From assembly GCA_963793305.1 (NCBI GenBank), contig CAWBZV010000012.1, positions 160,001-224,000 on the forward strand: a stretch of DNA of 64,000 nucleotides, given 5' to 3'. Below are positions 48,990 to 60,028 of this stretch, one piece after another (positions within the stretch are counted from its first letter, which is position 1; the number at the start of each line of letters is the position of its first letter). The notes under the pieces are model-generated. The model saw nothing but the letters and a program-made list of their open reading frames with translations, did no database searches and was not told where the DNA came from. The translations under genes were made by a program, and so were the position numbers. This DNA is from an uncultured Gemmatimonadales bacterium (GTDB lineage: Bacteria > Gemmatimonadota > Gemmatimonadetes > Gemmatimonadales > Gemmatimonadaceae).

Positions 48990-51900
48990 GTGGCCATGCG
49001 AAATGCCATGGTCGCTCTTTGCGTCGCCGCCATTCCCGCCACCGTAGCGACGACCGCCGGCGCGCAGTCTCCCGACCTCTCGTCCGCCATGCACTGGCGC
49101 CAGATCGGCCCGCCACGGGCCGGTCGCGCCCGGGCGCTCGCCGGGGTGCCGGGTCAGCCGAACGTCTTCTACATCGGATTCGACAACGGCGGTGTGTGGC
49201 GCTCGACGGACTACGGCTCGACCTGGACTCCGCTCTTCGATCAAGAGCCCACGGGTTCGATCGGCGCGATCGCCGTCGCGCCGTCGGATCCGAACGTGAT
49301 CTACGTCGGCAGCGGCGCCGGCATTATTCGTCCGGATCTCGCCGTGGGCGATGGGATGTACAAGTCCACGGACGCCGGCAAAACATGGACACACCTCGGC
49401 CTTCGCGAGAGCCAGATGATCGCGATGATCGACGTCGATCCGCGCGATCCCAACCGGCTCTTCGTGGCCGCCCTCGGTCACCCCTATGGCCCCAATCCCG
49501 AGCGTGGCATTTTCCGCTCTACAGACGGTGGCCAGACGTTCGAGAAAGTTCTCTATAAGAACGAATACCAGAGCGGCAACGATGTCCGTATAGATCCCGC
49601 GAATCCCAATACCGTCTATGCCGCGTTGTGGCAACAACAGCAGGCCTATTTCGAAGGCGGCTCGTTCGACACAACCGGCGGTGGCATCTATAAATCGACG
49701 GACGGTGGCACCACGTGGCGGCAGCTGACGAATGGCCTGCCGAGTGTCATCGAAGCCAACTTGGGAATCGCGCCGAGCAACACCAATACGCTGTACACGA
49801 TGGTCGCCGGCGTCGCGGCTGGAGATACGACCACGAATGGCGGGCGCGGTAAGGTCCTCTTCTACAAGTCGACCGACGCCGGCGAACACTGGCAACTCGC
49901 CAGTAGCGATCCGAGACCGCTGACGAGAATTGGCGGCGGCAATGTCCCGACGATCGCGATCGACGGCAAGAACGAGAACGTGGTCTACAGCGCATCGATC
50001 GTGTATTGGCGCACCGAGGACGGCGGCGCGAGTTGGGCGCCCATCCGAGGGTCCCCGGGCGGTGACGATTATCAAAAGTCGTGGGTGAACCCGATCAACT
50101 CCGATATCATCCTGCTCGTCGCCGACCAGGGTGGCGTGGTCTCGGCCAACCGCGGCGCATCGTGGAGCAACTGGTACACGCAGCCGACGGCCGCGATGTA
50201 TCACGTGTCCACGGACATGGCATTCCCGTATCGCGTCTGCGGCGGGCAGCAGGACTCGGGCTCGGGCTGCGTCGACAGCCGCGGGGATGACGGCGAGATC
50301 ACGTTCCACGATTGGCATCCCGCCGACATTCAAGAATACGGGATAGCGGCGTCAGACCCGCGCGATCCCGATCTCGTCTTCGGCTCGGCGCGGACGAACG
50401 TCTCGCTCTACAATCGCCGCACGGGGCAGACCACGCTCCTGGGCCCCGATCTCACGGGCTACAAGCGGAACGTGCGCACGATGCCGATTGCGTGGTCGCC
50501 GGTCGACCCCTCGATCGTGTTCTATGTCTCGGACGCCGTCTGGCGGTCCGCCGACCACGCGCACACGTGGACGCGCGTGAGCCCCGACCTCGCGCGGCAG
50601 ACATGGGATCCGCCGGCGAGCGCCGGGCAATATGCCGGGCGCATCAAACCCGGCCCGCGCGGCGCTATCACCGCCCTGGCCCTTTCCTCACGCGACATCA
50701 ACGTCATCTGGGCGGGCACCGACGACGGCAATATCCAGGTCACGATGAATGGCGGCACGTCGTGGTCGAACGTGACGCCGGCGGCTATCAAGCCATGGAC
50801 GCGCATCTTCAACATGGACGCGGGTCACTTCGATCGCCTCACCGCGTATGCGGCCGCGAACACCCTGCGCATCGACGATCTGAATCCCCACCTCTGGCGC
50901 ACCCACGACGGTGGCAAGACGTGGACGGAGATCGACAATGGCATCGCGCCAGGCAACGTGACGAACGCCATACGCGAAGACCCGAGAGTCAAAGGCCTGC
51001 TCTACGCGTCGACCGACGCGCAAGTCTGGGTGTCGTATGACGACGGCGACCACTGGGAATCGCTGCGCCTCAACATGCCGGCGATATCGGTTCGAGACAT
51101 CCAGGTAAAGGACGACAGCACCTGCTTGTGCGCCGACCTGGTCGCGGGAACGCACGGTCGCGGCTACTGGATCCTCGACAATCTGACCCCACTCCGCCAG
51201 GCCGCGGCCGCGAAGGCCGCGCACGGCGCGTACCTGTTCAAGCCGCACGTCGCGGTGCGCCTGCGCACGGGGACCAACGAACCCACACCCTGGCCGCCGG
51301 AGCTGCCAGCCGGGGAGAACCCGCCGCCGGGCGCGGTGATCGACTACTGGCTGGGCGCGGACGCCTCGGGACCGATCACGCTCGACATTCTCGATTCCGT
51401 TGGCACGGTCGTCCGGTCGTACGCGAGTACGGACTCGCTGGTGACGCCGGACGCCGCGCGGTGCCACGAGAAGCCGTCCTCGACGTATTGCGACCTGCCG
51501 TTCTATTGGCCGGCCCCGCCGATGCCGCTCGCTCCCACAGCCGGGATGCACCGTTTCAGCTGGGACCTGCGCTTCGGTCCGCTCACACCCCAGGACATCC
51601 TGTGGGCCGGCAGCCCTGACGGAACCGGGGCCGTTCCGCGGCGTACGTATCCTTTCATTAATGCGCCGTGGGCCCCGCCGGGCCGGTATACGGTGCGTCT
51701 CACGGTGAACGGCACGCGCTCCACCCAACCTCTCGTGGTCAAGCTCGATCCTCGCATCAAGACCTCGGCGGCCAGCCTGACGCTGCTCGCCAGCCTCTCC
51801 CGCGAGATGTACCGGGATGCCGAGACCGCGCACGCGGCCTATCGCGACGCGCGGGCGATGTTGGACCGCGCCGGCGCCCTGCGGGACGAGATCGAGGCGC

Positions 51901-52175
51901 TGGCGCCGCCGCCGGACACGAGCACGCAACGGCGGCGCAACACGAATACCGAAGAGGAAGACAACGTCGTCGACTTGGGCGAGGCCGCGGAGTCCAAGCC
52001 GACGCTCGAAAGCGCCAGCCGGGCATTGCTCACCGCCGCGATGGACATGCAGCGCGCCAATGTGACGCCGACCGCCGTCCAGGTCGCGGCGTGCGCCGCC
52101 GCCCGCAAGGACTATGGAGCCGTGATGGCGCGATTCGCCGCCGTGCGCGCAAAAGTGCAATCCAACAGCCGCTGA
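48990..52175 (+). CDS. Secreted BNR/Asp-box (VPS10/sortilin-like) beta-propeller glycosyl hydrolase-like protein
   Basis: WRQIGP.RAGR, repeated S.D.G.TW, GGQQDSG, GTHGRG.WILD, PGRYTVRL. Confidence 0.88.
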   Translation: MAMRNAMVALCVAAIPATVATTAGAQSPDLSSAMHWRQIGPPRAGRARALAGVPGQPNVFYIGFDNGGVWRSTDYGSTWTPLFDQEPTGSIGAIAVAPSDPNVIYVGSGAGIIRPDLAVGDGMYKSTDAGKTWTHLGLRESQMIAMIDVDPRDPNRLFVAALGHPYGPNPERGIFRSTDGGQTFEKVLYKNEYQSGNDVRIDPANPNTVYAALWQQQQAYFEGGSFDTTGGGIYKSTDGGTTWRQLTNGLPSVIEANLGIAPSNTNTLYTMVAGVAAGDTTTNGGRGKVLFYKSTDAGEHWQLASSDPRPLTRIGGGNVPTIAIDGKNENVVYSASIVYWRTEDGGASWAPIRGSPGGDDYQKSWVNPINSDIILLVADQGGVVSANRGASWSNWYTQPTAAMYHVSTDMAFPYRVCGGQQDSGSGCVDSRGDDGEITFHDWHPADIQEYGIAASDPRDPDLVFGSARTNVSLYNRRTGQTTLLGPDLTGYKRNVRTMPIAWSPVDPSIVFYVSDAVWRSADHAHTWTRVSPDLARQTWDPPASAGQYAGRIKPGPRGAITALALSSRDINVIWAGTDDGNIQVTMNGGTSWSNVTPAAIKPWTRIFNMDAGHFDRLTAYAAANTLRIDDLNPHLWRTHDGGKTWTEIDNGIAPGNVTNAIREDPRVKGLLYASTDAQVWVSYDDGDHWESLRLNMPAISVRDIQVKDDSTCLCADLVAGTHGRGYWILDNLTPLRQAAAAKAAHGAYLFKPHVAVRLRTGTNEPTPWPPELPAGENPPPGAVIDYWLGADASGPITLDILDSVGTVVRSYASTDSLVTPDAARCHEKPSSTYCDLPFYWPAPPMPLAPTAGMHRFSWDLRFGPLTPQDILWAGSPDGTGAVPRRTYPFINAPWAPPGRYTVRLTVNGTRSTQPLVVKLDPRIKTSAASLTLLASLSREMYRDAETAHAAYRDARAMLDRAGALRDEIEALAPPPDTSTQRRRNTNTEEEDNVVDLGEAAESKPTLESASRALLTAAMDMQRANVTPTAVQVAACAAARKDYGAVMARFAAVRAKVQSNSR

Positions 52176-52198
52176 CAATGCGTCGAGGAGAAATCCAC

Positions 52199-52963
52199 GT
52201 GAAGGTCAAAAGTCTGTGTTTCGTAGTGCTTGCCATCGTGTTGGGCGCCTGCAAGGGCCCCGCCGGCCCGGCGTTGGGCGGCACGTGGCAGGGATTCGTG
52301 TACCTGCACGATGAGTACGGCGCCCCGCTGGTGACCGACTCGAACATGGTGGTCACGGCCTTGCCAACCGCGACGACCAGCACGACGGGTGACGCGGGCG
52401 ATTACAGCTTCACGAGCTTGACGACCGGCGTGTATTCCCTGCAGTACATCATGCCGGCCTTCGGCACGTACTTCCTCGCCAACCAGCAGTTCGTGGGCGG
52501 AGGCACCGTCCAGATTCCGGGCCTCAACCTCGGCAAGGTGTCCACCGGGGTGATCACCAATCTCGCGTTCGCGCCGAATGCCGCCGGCGACACGATCATC
52601 GCCATGGGCAATATCACCCCGCCCCCGCCGGGTATCGCGCGTTACGTGCGGCTCTTCTTCGACCTGCAGCCCACCGTTGCCGGCACCTCGGTCTCCACGT
52701 GGACGGTGACGCTGCCCGCCAGCGGACCGCCGTACGCCGTGACGAGCGCGTCGTTCTCCATCGTGATCACCGGGCAGGACCTGCGTGCATTACAACACGC
52801 ATTCTCGACGGGCGTCACCGTGAACGCCATCGGGTACGGCGACAGTTACTACGAGAACTCCTACCCGGACACGATCACGAACACGGGCAAGCCGGTCTTC
52901 CCCAACCTCTGCCCGATCGCGTCGAACTCCACGACGTTCCCGATGCCCACGTCCCCGTTCTAG
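52199..52963 (+). CDS. Lipoprotein paralogous to 18526-19287
   Basis: GAGGA RBS + GTG; lipobox LGAC; GPAGPALGGTWQGFVYLHDEYG. Confidence 0.8.
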   Translation: MKVKSLCFVVLAIVLGACKGPAGPALGGTWQGFVYLHDEYGAPLVTDSNMVVTALPTATTSTTGDAGDYSFTSLTTGVYSLQYIMPAFGTYFLANQQFVGGGTVQIPGLNLGKVSTGVITNLAFAPNAAGDTIIAMGNITPPPPGIARYVRLFFDLQPTVAGTSVSTWTVTLPASGPPYAVTSASFSIVITGQDLRALQHAFSTGVTVNAIGYGDSYYENSYPDTITNTGKPVFPNLCPIASNSTTFPMPTSPF

Positions 52964-52966
52964 GAC

Positions 52967-54751
52967 TCAAGCGTTGGCGAGTTTCCGCACGGCAGCGGCC
53001 ATCGCCGTCACGCGCGGCGCGTCGGTCGACGTTCCCGCATCCGCGTCGAGCTGCGTCGCGAGTTGCGTGAGGGCGGCGCTTCGCGCCTGCCCCTGGAGCT
53101 TCTCGGCAGCGTCCAACGCGTGCGCGATCGCTGACCGACGGGCCGCTGGCAACCCATCATCTCGAGCGAGTTGGTCGAGATAGGCGCGCGGGACGGCGAA
53201 GGTCGCGGGCCAGACCAGCCGTGGTTGGTCCTGGACGTTGAGCCAGGCGAAACGCACGGATTTCGCGGCGTCGATCTCGTTCTGCGAGATGAAGGCGCTC
53301 GGCTTGAGCTCGAAGAGATCGAGGCCGCGCGTGATCTCGGAGCCGACGATCAAGCCGTTGTACCAATACACCGACCAGTACCCGGCGAGCACGAGCTTCG
53401 TGGTGTCCATCGGGCCACGATCGAAGTACGCGATCTCCTGTGGGTGTGACGGGTCGGTCCAGTCGAAGACCGAGAGACCACCCTGATACCATCCCTGGAC
53501 CATCACGTCGCGCCCAGGAATCGGAATCAATGAGCCATTGTGCGCGACGCAGTTCTCCATCGGCGTCTGCGGCGCTGGCATCTTGTAGTAGCTCTTGAAC
53601 GCCATCTCGCCGGAGCTCGTGAGCGTATAGATCGCGTCCGCGCCCCACTTCATGCTGTCGCCCGGCCGGCAGCGGGGCTGCACACCACCGCCCCACTCGT
53701 CGGAGAAGAGAATCTTCGTGCCGTCGTTGTTGAACGTCACCGAGTGCCACGCGGCGAAGTTCGTGTCGGTCACGGCGTTGATGCGGCGCGGATGCGCAGG
53801 ATCGCGAATGTCGAGCAGGATCCCGTACCCACCACATGCACCACCCGCCAACCCAATGGCCGGATATGCGGTGATGTCGTGGCACTGCGTCGGGCCGGAT
53901 TTCGGCGGCAGCTTGATCTTGTACTTCGCCAAGAGCGCGGCGAACGCGATCGAATCGGGCTTGGACTCGCTATGGTGATCGGCCGCCGCGAGATCCTGGA
54001 ACACGCGCGGAGAGCTGACGATGGCCGCCTGGTCGGGATGCGCGACCGGCACCTTGATGACCTCGAGGCGGAACTGCGCGGTGTTCGGATTGTCCTGCAC
54101 TGCGCCGCCTGTGCAGCCGGGCAACTCGCTCGCCGAGCGCACGGTCGACGAACCCGACACGTAGATATAGACGTTGGTCGAGTCGTTGGGGTCGTTGACG
54201 AGCGTGTTGGTGTGCGAGCCACGACAGGTCTGGACGATCGTGATCGGCTTCGGGTGCGCAATGTCGCTGATGTCGAAGATCCGGATACCGCGAGCGCGCT
54301 CATGGCTGACCGTGTCCTCGACGCCCTGCTCGCCACAGTCCACGCGGCCATTCGTCGCCTCGGCCGAGACAAACAACAAGTTGCCGTAGACGGTCTGGTC
54401 GCTCTGCGAACCCGGGCAGAGGACCGAGGTAGCCAACGTCAGCTTGCGAGGATTGCTGATATCCCAGACTTGATAGCCGCTGTAGTTGCCCTGGAAGACG
54501 TATGATCCCAGGAACGCCAGGTCAGAGTTGACCAGGCGATCGGCGCCGGGGTTGTTCCGGTCGATGAATTGTGCCGAGGGTGGCGTACTGGAGACCATCT
54601 GGAGATTCCAGATCGCCTCCTGGGCATTGAACCAGCCGCCCTTGAGACCAACCCGTGGATCCGGGCTTGGTGCGGCCGCGGTCGATACCTGCTGGTGAGA
54701 GGCGCACCCGACGACCACCAGGGCGAGGGCAACTGGAAAGGCTTTCATCAC
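52967..54751 (-). CDS. LVIVD-repeat beta-propeller lipoprotein
   Basis: Lipobox VVGC; DPRVGLK, NSDLAF, QTCRGSHT, QCHDIT, WHS.TFNNDG, ENCVAHNG. Confidence 0.88.
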   Translation of the reverse strand: MMKAFPVALALVVVGCASHQQVSTAAAPSPDPRVGLKGGWFNAQEAIWNLQMVSSTPPSAQFIDRNNPGADRLVNSDLAFLGSYVFQGNYSGYQVWDISNPRKLTLATSVLCPGSQSDQTVYGNLLFVSAEATNGRVDCGEQGVEDTVSHERARGIRIFDISDIAHPKPITIVQTCRGSHTNTLVNDPNDSTNVYIYVSGSSTVRSASELPGCTGGAVQDNPNTAQFRLEVIKVPVAHPDQAAIVSSPRVFQDLAAADHHSESKPDSIAFAALLAKYKIKLPPKSGPTQCHDITAYPAIGLAGGACGGYGILLDIRDPAHPRRINAVTDTNFAAWHSVTFNNDGTKILFSDEWGGGVQPRCRPGDSMKWGADAIYTLTSSGEMAFKSYYKMPAPQTPMENCVAHNGSLIPIPGRDVMVQGWYQGGLSVFDWTDPSHPQEIAYFDRGPMDTTKLVLAGYWSVYWYNGLIVGSEITRGLDLFELKPSAFISQNEIDAAKSVRFAWLNVQDQPRLVWPATFAVPRAYLDQLARDDGLPAARRSAIAHALDAAEKLQGQARSAALTQLATQLDADAGTSTDAPRVTAMAAAVRKLANA

Positions 54752-55296
54752 GGAGCTCCAAGCATTTTGGCCATGCGGTCGATCTCGGCCGTTTGGTCAG
54801 CGTTCACATCAGAAGCAAACTTGAACACCACCTCGTCCTGCGCCGCCCCTTGGGTATCCATCAACTGCTTGACCATGGTCAGCGCGCCTTCGTGGTGCTG
54901 GATCATGTACACGAGGAACAACTTGTCGAAATCCGGCCCTTTCGCGCGGTCGAGCTCCGCCATTTGGTCCGAGCTGAGCATGCCAGGCATGAGGCCCATG
55001 TCCATGGGCATACTCATATGGCCGGTCGAGTCGGGTACCATTTCATGGCGATCGCCGAGCCAGCGCTGCATGGAGTGGATCTCGTCGCGCTGTGAGACGG
55101 CGATCCGCGCACAGAGGACCCGCACGTTGTCGCTCGCGCCATGGCTCGGTGCCCAGCCCGCCATCGTGATCGCCTGCGCGTGATGGCTGATCATGCCCTG
55201 CATGAACTGCACATCAGCCGCGGTATAGTGGGGCTTCTGCGCTCCCAGCGTGCTCGCCAGAAACAAGCAAACGATTTGCGTACGAGCCACTGTCAT
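54748..55296 (-). CDS. DUF305 (CopM-like ferritin-fold) exported protein
   Basis: ADVQFMQGMISHHAQA, MPGML, MIQHHEGA, DQTAEIDRM. Confidence 0.9.
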   Translation of the reverse strand: MTVARTQIVCLFLASTLGAQKPHYTAADVQFMQGMISHHAQAITMAGWAPSHGASDNVRVLCARIAVSQRDEIHSMQRWLGDRHEMVPDSTGHMSMPMDMGLMPGMLSSDQMAELDRAKGPDFDKLFLVYMIQHHEGALTMVKQLMDTQGAAQDEVVFKFASDVNADQTAEIDRMAKMLGAP

Positions 55297-55401
55297 AGCG
55301 TGGAAGGCAACGTAGCGATGCCCCAGCCCCAACGATAGGTTTGAACTGTTGAAACACGGCGCTCGCTCCAGCCGTACACCCCCCAGGAGTCTTCGACCGC
55401 C

Positions 55402-56040
55402 ATGATACTATCTGTTTCCCGTCTCGTCGCGGCAACGGTCCTGTTGACCGCGACCGCTCAGGCCCAACAAATGGGCCAAGAGGCCGCCATGGCCAGGGCG
55501 CAACGCGATAGCGCCCGTTTGCCGTGGACCACGGCCAATGTGCAGTTCATGCAGGGTATGATTCACCACCACGCACAAGCGATCGAGATGTGCAAGTGGG
55601 CGCCGACGCACGGCGCGTCGCCGTCGGTCCAGACGCTCTGCGGCCGGATCATCAACGCCCAAGGGGACGAGATCGCGCTCATGTCCCAGTGGCTGCGCGA
55701 CCGGCGCCAGGATGTGCCGGCCCCCACTGCGACCGCCATGAAGATGGTCATGAATGGCAAGGAGATGGACATGCTCATGCCGGGCATGCTCTCCGCGGAT
55801 CAGATGAAGCAGCTCGATGCGGCGCGCGGTCCCGCTTGGGACAAGTTGTTTCTGCAGGACATGATCCAGCACCACAAGGGCGCGGTGTCGATGGTGCACG
55901 ATCTGTTCGAGACCCAAGGCGCCGGTCAGGATGAGATGATATTCAAGTTCGCGTCGGACGTGAACGTTGATCAGACGACTGAGATCACGCGCATGGAAAA
56001 GATGCTCTTCGCTCTCACCATCGAGGGAAATGGTCAGTGA
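55402..56040 (+). CDS. DUF305 (CopM-like) exported protein
   Basis: Signal peptide; FMQGMIHHHAQA, MPGML, MIQHHKGA, DQTTEITRM. Confidence 0.9.
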   Translation: MILSVSRLVAATVLLTATAQAQQMGQEAAMARAQRDSARLPWTTANVQFMQGMIHHHAQAIEMCKWAPTHGASPSVQTLCGRIINAQGDEIALMSQWLRDRRQDVPAPTATAMKMVMNGKEMDMLMPGMLSADQMKQLDAARGPAWDKLFLQDMIQHHKGAVSMVHDLFETQGAGQDEMIFKFASDVNVDQTTEITRMEKMLFALTIEGNGQ

Positions 56041-59000
56041 CCACTGTTTCGTCCCGACTCATAGTGTGTGCCGTGAGCGCCATCGCTGTCACAGCGTGCG
56101 CGCGCTCCGTGTCGACCAACGCAACCACCAGCGCCAGTCCGAGCAATGCCGCCTCGGCGCCGAACCCTGATCCGCGCGTCGGCCTCAAAGCCGGGCGTTT
56201 CGATGCCGCCGAAGCCACGTGGAACATGCGCGTGCTGTCGGAGACGAAGCCGTCGGCGAAGTTCATGGAGGAAACCAATTCGGACCTCGCGTTCAGCGGA
56301 CCGTACGCGATCCAGGGCAGCTACGCCGGCTACCAGATCTGGGACATCTCCAATCCGAAGACCGTCTCGCTCAAGTCGTTCTTCTACTGCCCTCAATCGC
56401 AGAGCGACGTCTCGGTCTACAAGAATCTCCTGATCACCTCCGGCGAGGACCGCGCGGGCCGACTCGACTGCGGCGCGGGCGGCATCAAGGACACCGTCAG
56501 CAAAGACCGCCTGCTCGGCATCCGGATCTACGACATCACGGACATCGCGAACCCGAAGGCGATCGTCCAGGTGCAAACCTGTCGCGGCTCGCACACGCAT
56601 ACGCTCGTCGTCGATCCAAACGATCACGACAACGTGTACGTGTACATCTCCGGGTCGCAGCCGTCCCGGTCGCCCACCGAGCTCGCCGGGTGCATCTCCG
56701 TCCGACCCGACGACGGATCCTAATTCCGCGCTCTTCCGGATCGAGGTCGTCAAGATCCCGCTCGCGCATCCGGAGCAAGCTGCGGTGGTCAGCAGCGGCC
56801 GCATCTTCGACAACCTGGCGAAAGAGCCGCACCATGGGAAAGCGCCCGACGACGTCAAAGAGCTCGTCGAGGCCAAGGCGAAGGGCCTGTTCATCGTGAA
56901 CTTCGAGGGCGAGGACTACATTGTCCCCGAGCGCTACTCCAGCCATATGCTCGACTCGCTGGTCAAAGCGCGTGGCGGCAGCGGGACTCCCACGAAGGCT
57001 GACAGCGACAGTTTCCGCGGCGTCCTCGACGCGATGGTCAAGCAAATGGGCGGCAAGGACAACGGGCACGCCTACGCGACCAGCCGTCAGTGCCACGACA
57101 TCACGGTCTACCCAGCGATCGGTCTCGCCGGTGGCGCGTGCGAAGGCTACGGCATGCTGCTCGATATCCACGACGTGCAGCACCCCCGGCGCCTCGATGC
57201 GGCCTCGGACTCGAACTTCTCCTACTGGCACTCGGCGACGTTCAACAACGACGGCACCAAGCTGCTCTTCTCCGACGAGTGGGGCGGTGGCGGCGCGCCC
57301 AAGTGCCGCGCGACGGATCCCAAGGACTGGGGCGCCGACGCGATCTATACGATCGACAACGGGAAGCTGCACTTCCAGAGCTACTACAAGCTGCCGGCGC
57401 CGCAGACGAAGAATGAGAACTGCGTCGCGCACAACGGATCGCTCATCCCGATCCCGGGCCGCGATGTCATGGTGCAGGCGTGGTACCAGGGCGGCATCTC
57501 GGTGTTCGACTGGACCGATGCCGCGCATCCAAAGGAAATCGCATTCTTCGATCGCGGACCGGTGGACTCGACGCGCATGGTCTTGAGCGGGCAGTGGTCA
57601 GCCTACTGGTACAACGGCGTGATCGTCGGTTCCGAGATCTCGCGTGGTCTCGATGTGTTGGAGCTCACGCCCAATCCGCTCCTGACGCAAAACGAGATCG
57701 ACGCGGCCAAGACGGTGCATTACGACCAGCTCAACGTCCAGGGGCAGCCGAAGATGGTGTGGCCCCCGTCGTTCGCGCTCGCCCGGGCATATCTCGATCA
57801 GCTCCAGCGCAGCGGAGGCCTGAGCGCCGACCGGCTCGCGGCCGCGCGTTCGGCGTTGGCGACGGCCGAGAAGGCGTCGGGTGCCGCACGGCGTGATGCG
57901 TTGAGCGGACTGGCGACGTCGCTCGATAACGACGCCTCTGGCTCCAGCGATGGGAACAAAGTGAGAAAGCTGCAGAACGCCGTTCGCGACCTCGCCTCGG
58001 CGACCGTCGCGTAGCGGTTCCACCTCTCGAGGGAAATGCCCAGTGACCACTCTGTCGTCCAGATTCATCGCAGGCGCCCTGAGCGTCGTCGCCGTCACGG
58101 CGTGCGCGCGCTCGGTGTCGACCAACGCAACCACCGGCGTCAGTCCCAGCAATGCCGTCTCGGCGCCGAATCCTGATCCGCGCGTCGGCCTCAAGGCCGG
58201 GCGTTTCGATGCCGCCGAAGCCACGTGGAACATGCGCGTGCTCTCCGAGACGAAGCCGTCGCAGAAGTTCATGGAGGAGACCAATTCGGACCTCGCGTTC
58301 AGCGGACCGTACGCGATCCAGGGCAGCTACGCCGGCTACCAGATCTGGGATATCTCCAGTCCGAAGACCGTCTCGCTCAAGTCGTTCTTCTACTGCCCGC
58401 AGTCGCAGAGCGACGTCTCGGTCTACAAAAACCTGCTGATCACGTCGGGCGAGGGCACCGCCGGCCGCCTGGACTGCGCCGCGGGCGGTATCAAGGACAC
58501 CGTCAGCAAAGAGCGGCTGCTCGGCATTCGCATCTACGACATCAGCGACATCGCGAACCCGAAGCCGATCGCCAGCGTCCAGACCTGCCGCGGCTCGCAC
58601 ACGCACACGCTCGTCGTCGACCCGAATGACCACGACAACATCTACGTGTACATCTCCGGCTCGGCCGGCCTCCGGTCGCCCACCGAGCTCGCCGGGTGCG
58701 TGTCCACGAGCCCCACGACGGACCCGAACTCGGCCCTCTACCGCATCGAGGTCATCAAGATCCCGCTCGCGCATCCGGAGCAAGCCGCGGTCGTGAGCAG
58801 CGGCCACATTTTCGACAACCTGGCGAAAGAGCCGCGTCACGGCCAGGCGCCCGACGACATCAAGGCGATCGCCGAGGCGAAGGCCAAGGGTCAGTTTACG
58901 GTGTATATCGACGTCATCGGCGAGGATTTTATCCTCCCGGATCGCTTCTCGAAGCACTTGCTGGACTCGATTGTGACAGCGCGTGGTGGCACTGGCGGGG

Positions 59001-60028
59001 CCACGAGGGCTGACAGCGATCAGCTCCGCCGCGACCTGCCCGAGATGGCGCGGAGGATGATCGGCGAGGAGAAGCCGAGTCCCACCGGATACTCCACGAG
59101 CCGGCAGTGCCACGACATCACGGTCTATCCGGCGATCGGTCTCGCCGGTGGCGCGTGCGAAGGCTACGGGATGCTGCTCGACATTCACGACGTGAAAAAT
59201 CCGCGGCGCCTCGATGCGGTCGCGGACTCGAACTTCTCCTACTGGCACTCGGCGACGTTCAACAACGACGGCACCAAGCTGCTCTTCTCCGACGAGTGGG
59301 GTGGCGGTGGCGGGCCCAAGTGCCGCGCGACCGATCCCAAGAACTGGGGCGCCGACGCGATCTACACGATCGACAACGGCAAGCTGCACTTCCAGAGCTA
59401 CTACAAGCTGCCGGCGCCGCAGACCAAGTACGAGAACTGCGTGGCGCACAACGGATCGCTCATCCCGATCCCGGGCAGAGACGTCATGGCGCAGGCGTGG
59501 TACCAGGGCGGCATCTCGGTCTTCGACTGGACCGATGCCACACATCCGAAGGAGATCGCGTTCTTCGACCGCGGCCCGGTGGACTCAACGCGCATGGGCA
59601 ACGGCGGCGAGTGGTCGGCCTACTGGTACAACGGCGTGATCGTCGGCTCCGAGATCTCGCGTGGTCTCGATGTCTTGGAGCTCACGCCCAATCCGCTCCT
59701 GACGCAAAACGAGATCGATGCGGCGAAGACCGTCAAGTGGGCCGAGCTCAATGTTCAGGGTCAGCCGAAGATGGTATGGCCCCCGTCGTTCGCGCTCGCT
59801 CGGGCGTATCTCGATCAGCTCCAGCGCAGCGGTGGCTTAAGCGCCGACCGCCTCGCGGCTGCGCGCTCGGCGCTGGCGACGGCCGAGAAGGCGTCGGGTG
59901 CCGCACGGCGTGATGCGTTGACCGGACTGGCGGCGTCGCTCGATAATGACGCCTCTAGCTCCAGCGATGGGAACAAAGTGAGAAAGCTGCAGAACGCCGT
60001 TCGCGACCTCGCCACCGCGACGGTCGCG
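56018..60028 (+). repeat. ~2-kb tandem gene duplication (units ~56018-58014 and ~58021-60028)
   Basis: Long identical nucleotide stretches; shared upstream TCGAGGGAAATG..CAGTGACCACT. Confidence 0.85.
56037..58014 (+). CDS. LVIVD-repeat beta-propeller lipoprotein (+1 frameshift at ~56700)
   Basis: ORFs 56037-56723 and 56785-58014 join into a full paralog of 58043-60178 once one base is removed. Confidence 0.88.

Noticed and set aside
55377..55390. ACCCCCCAGGAGT as a CsoR-like copper operator between the DUF305 genes
   Set aside because: Imperfect palindrome lacking the flanking TA bases, and AGGAG is explained as the RBS; too weak to claim
57731..59545. Long antisense/alternate-frame ORFs (e.g. 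57731-59545, 21651-23426, 50688-52178, most of 3980-5563)
   Set aside because: Shadow ORFs expected at high GC opposite well-supported genes; no motifs
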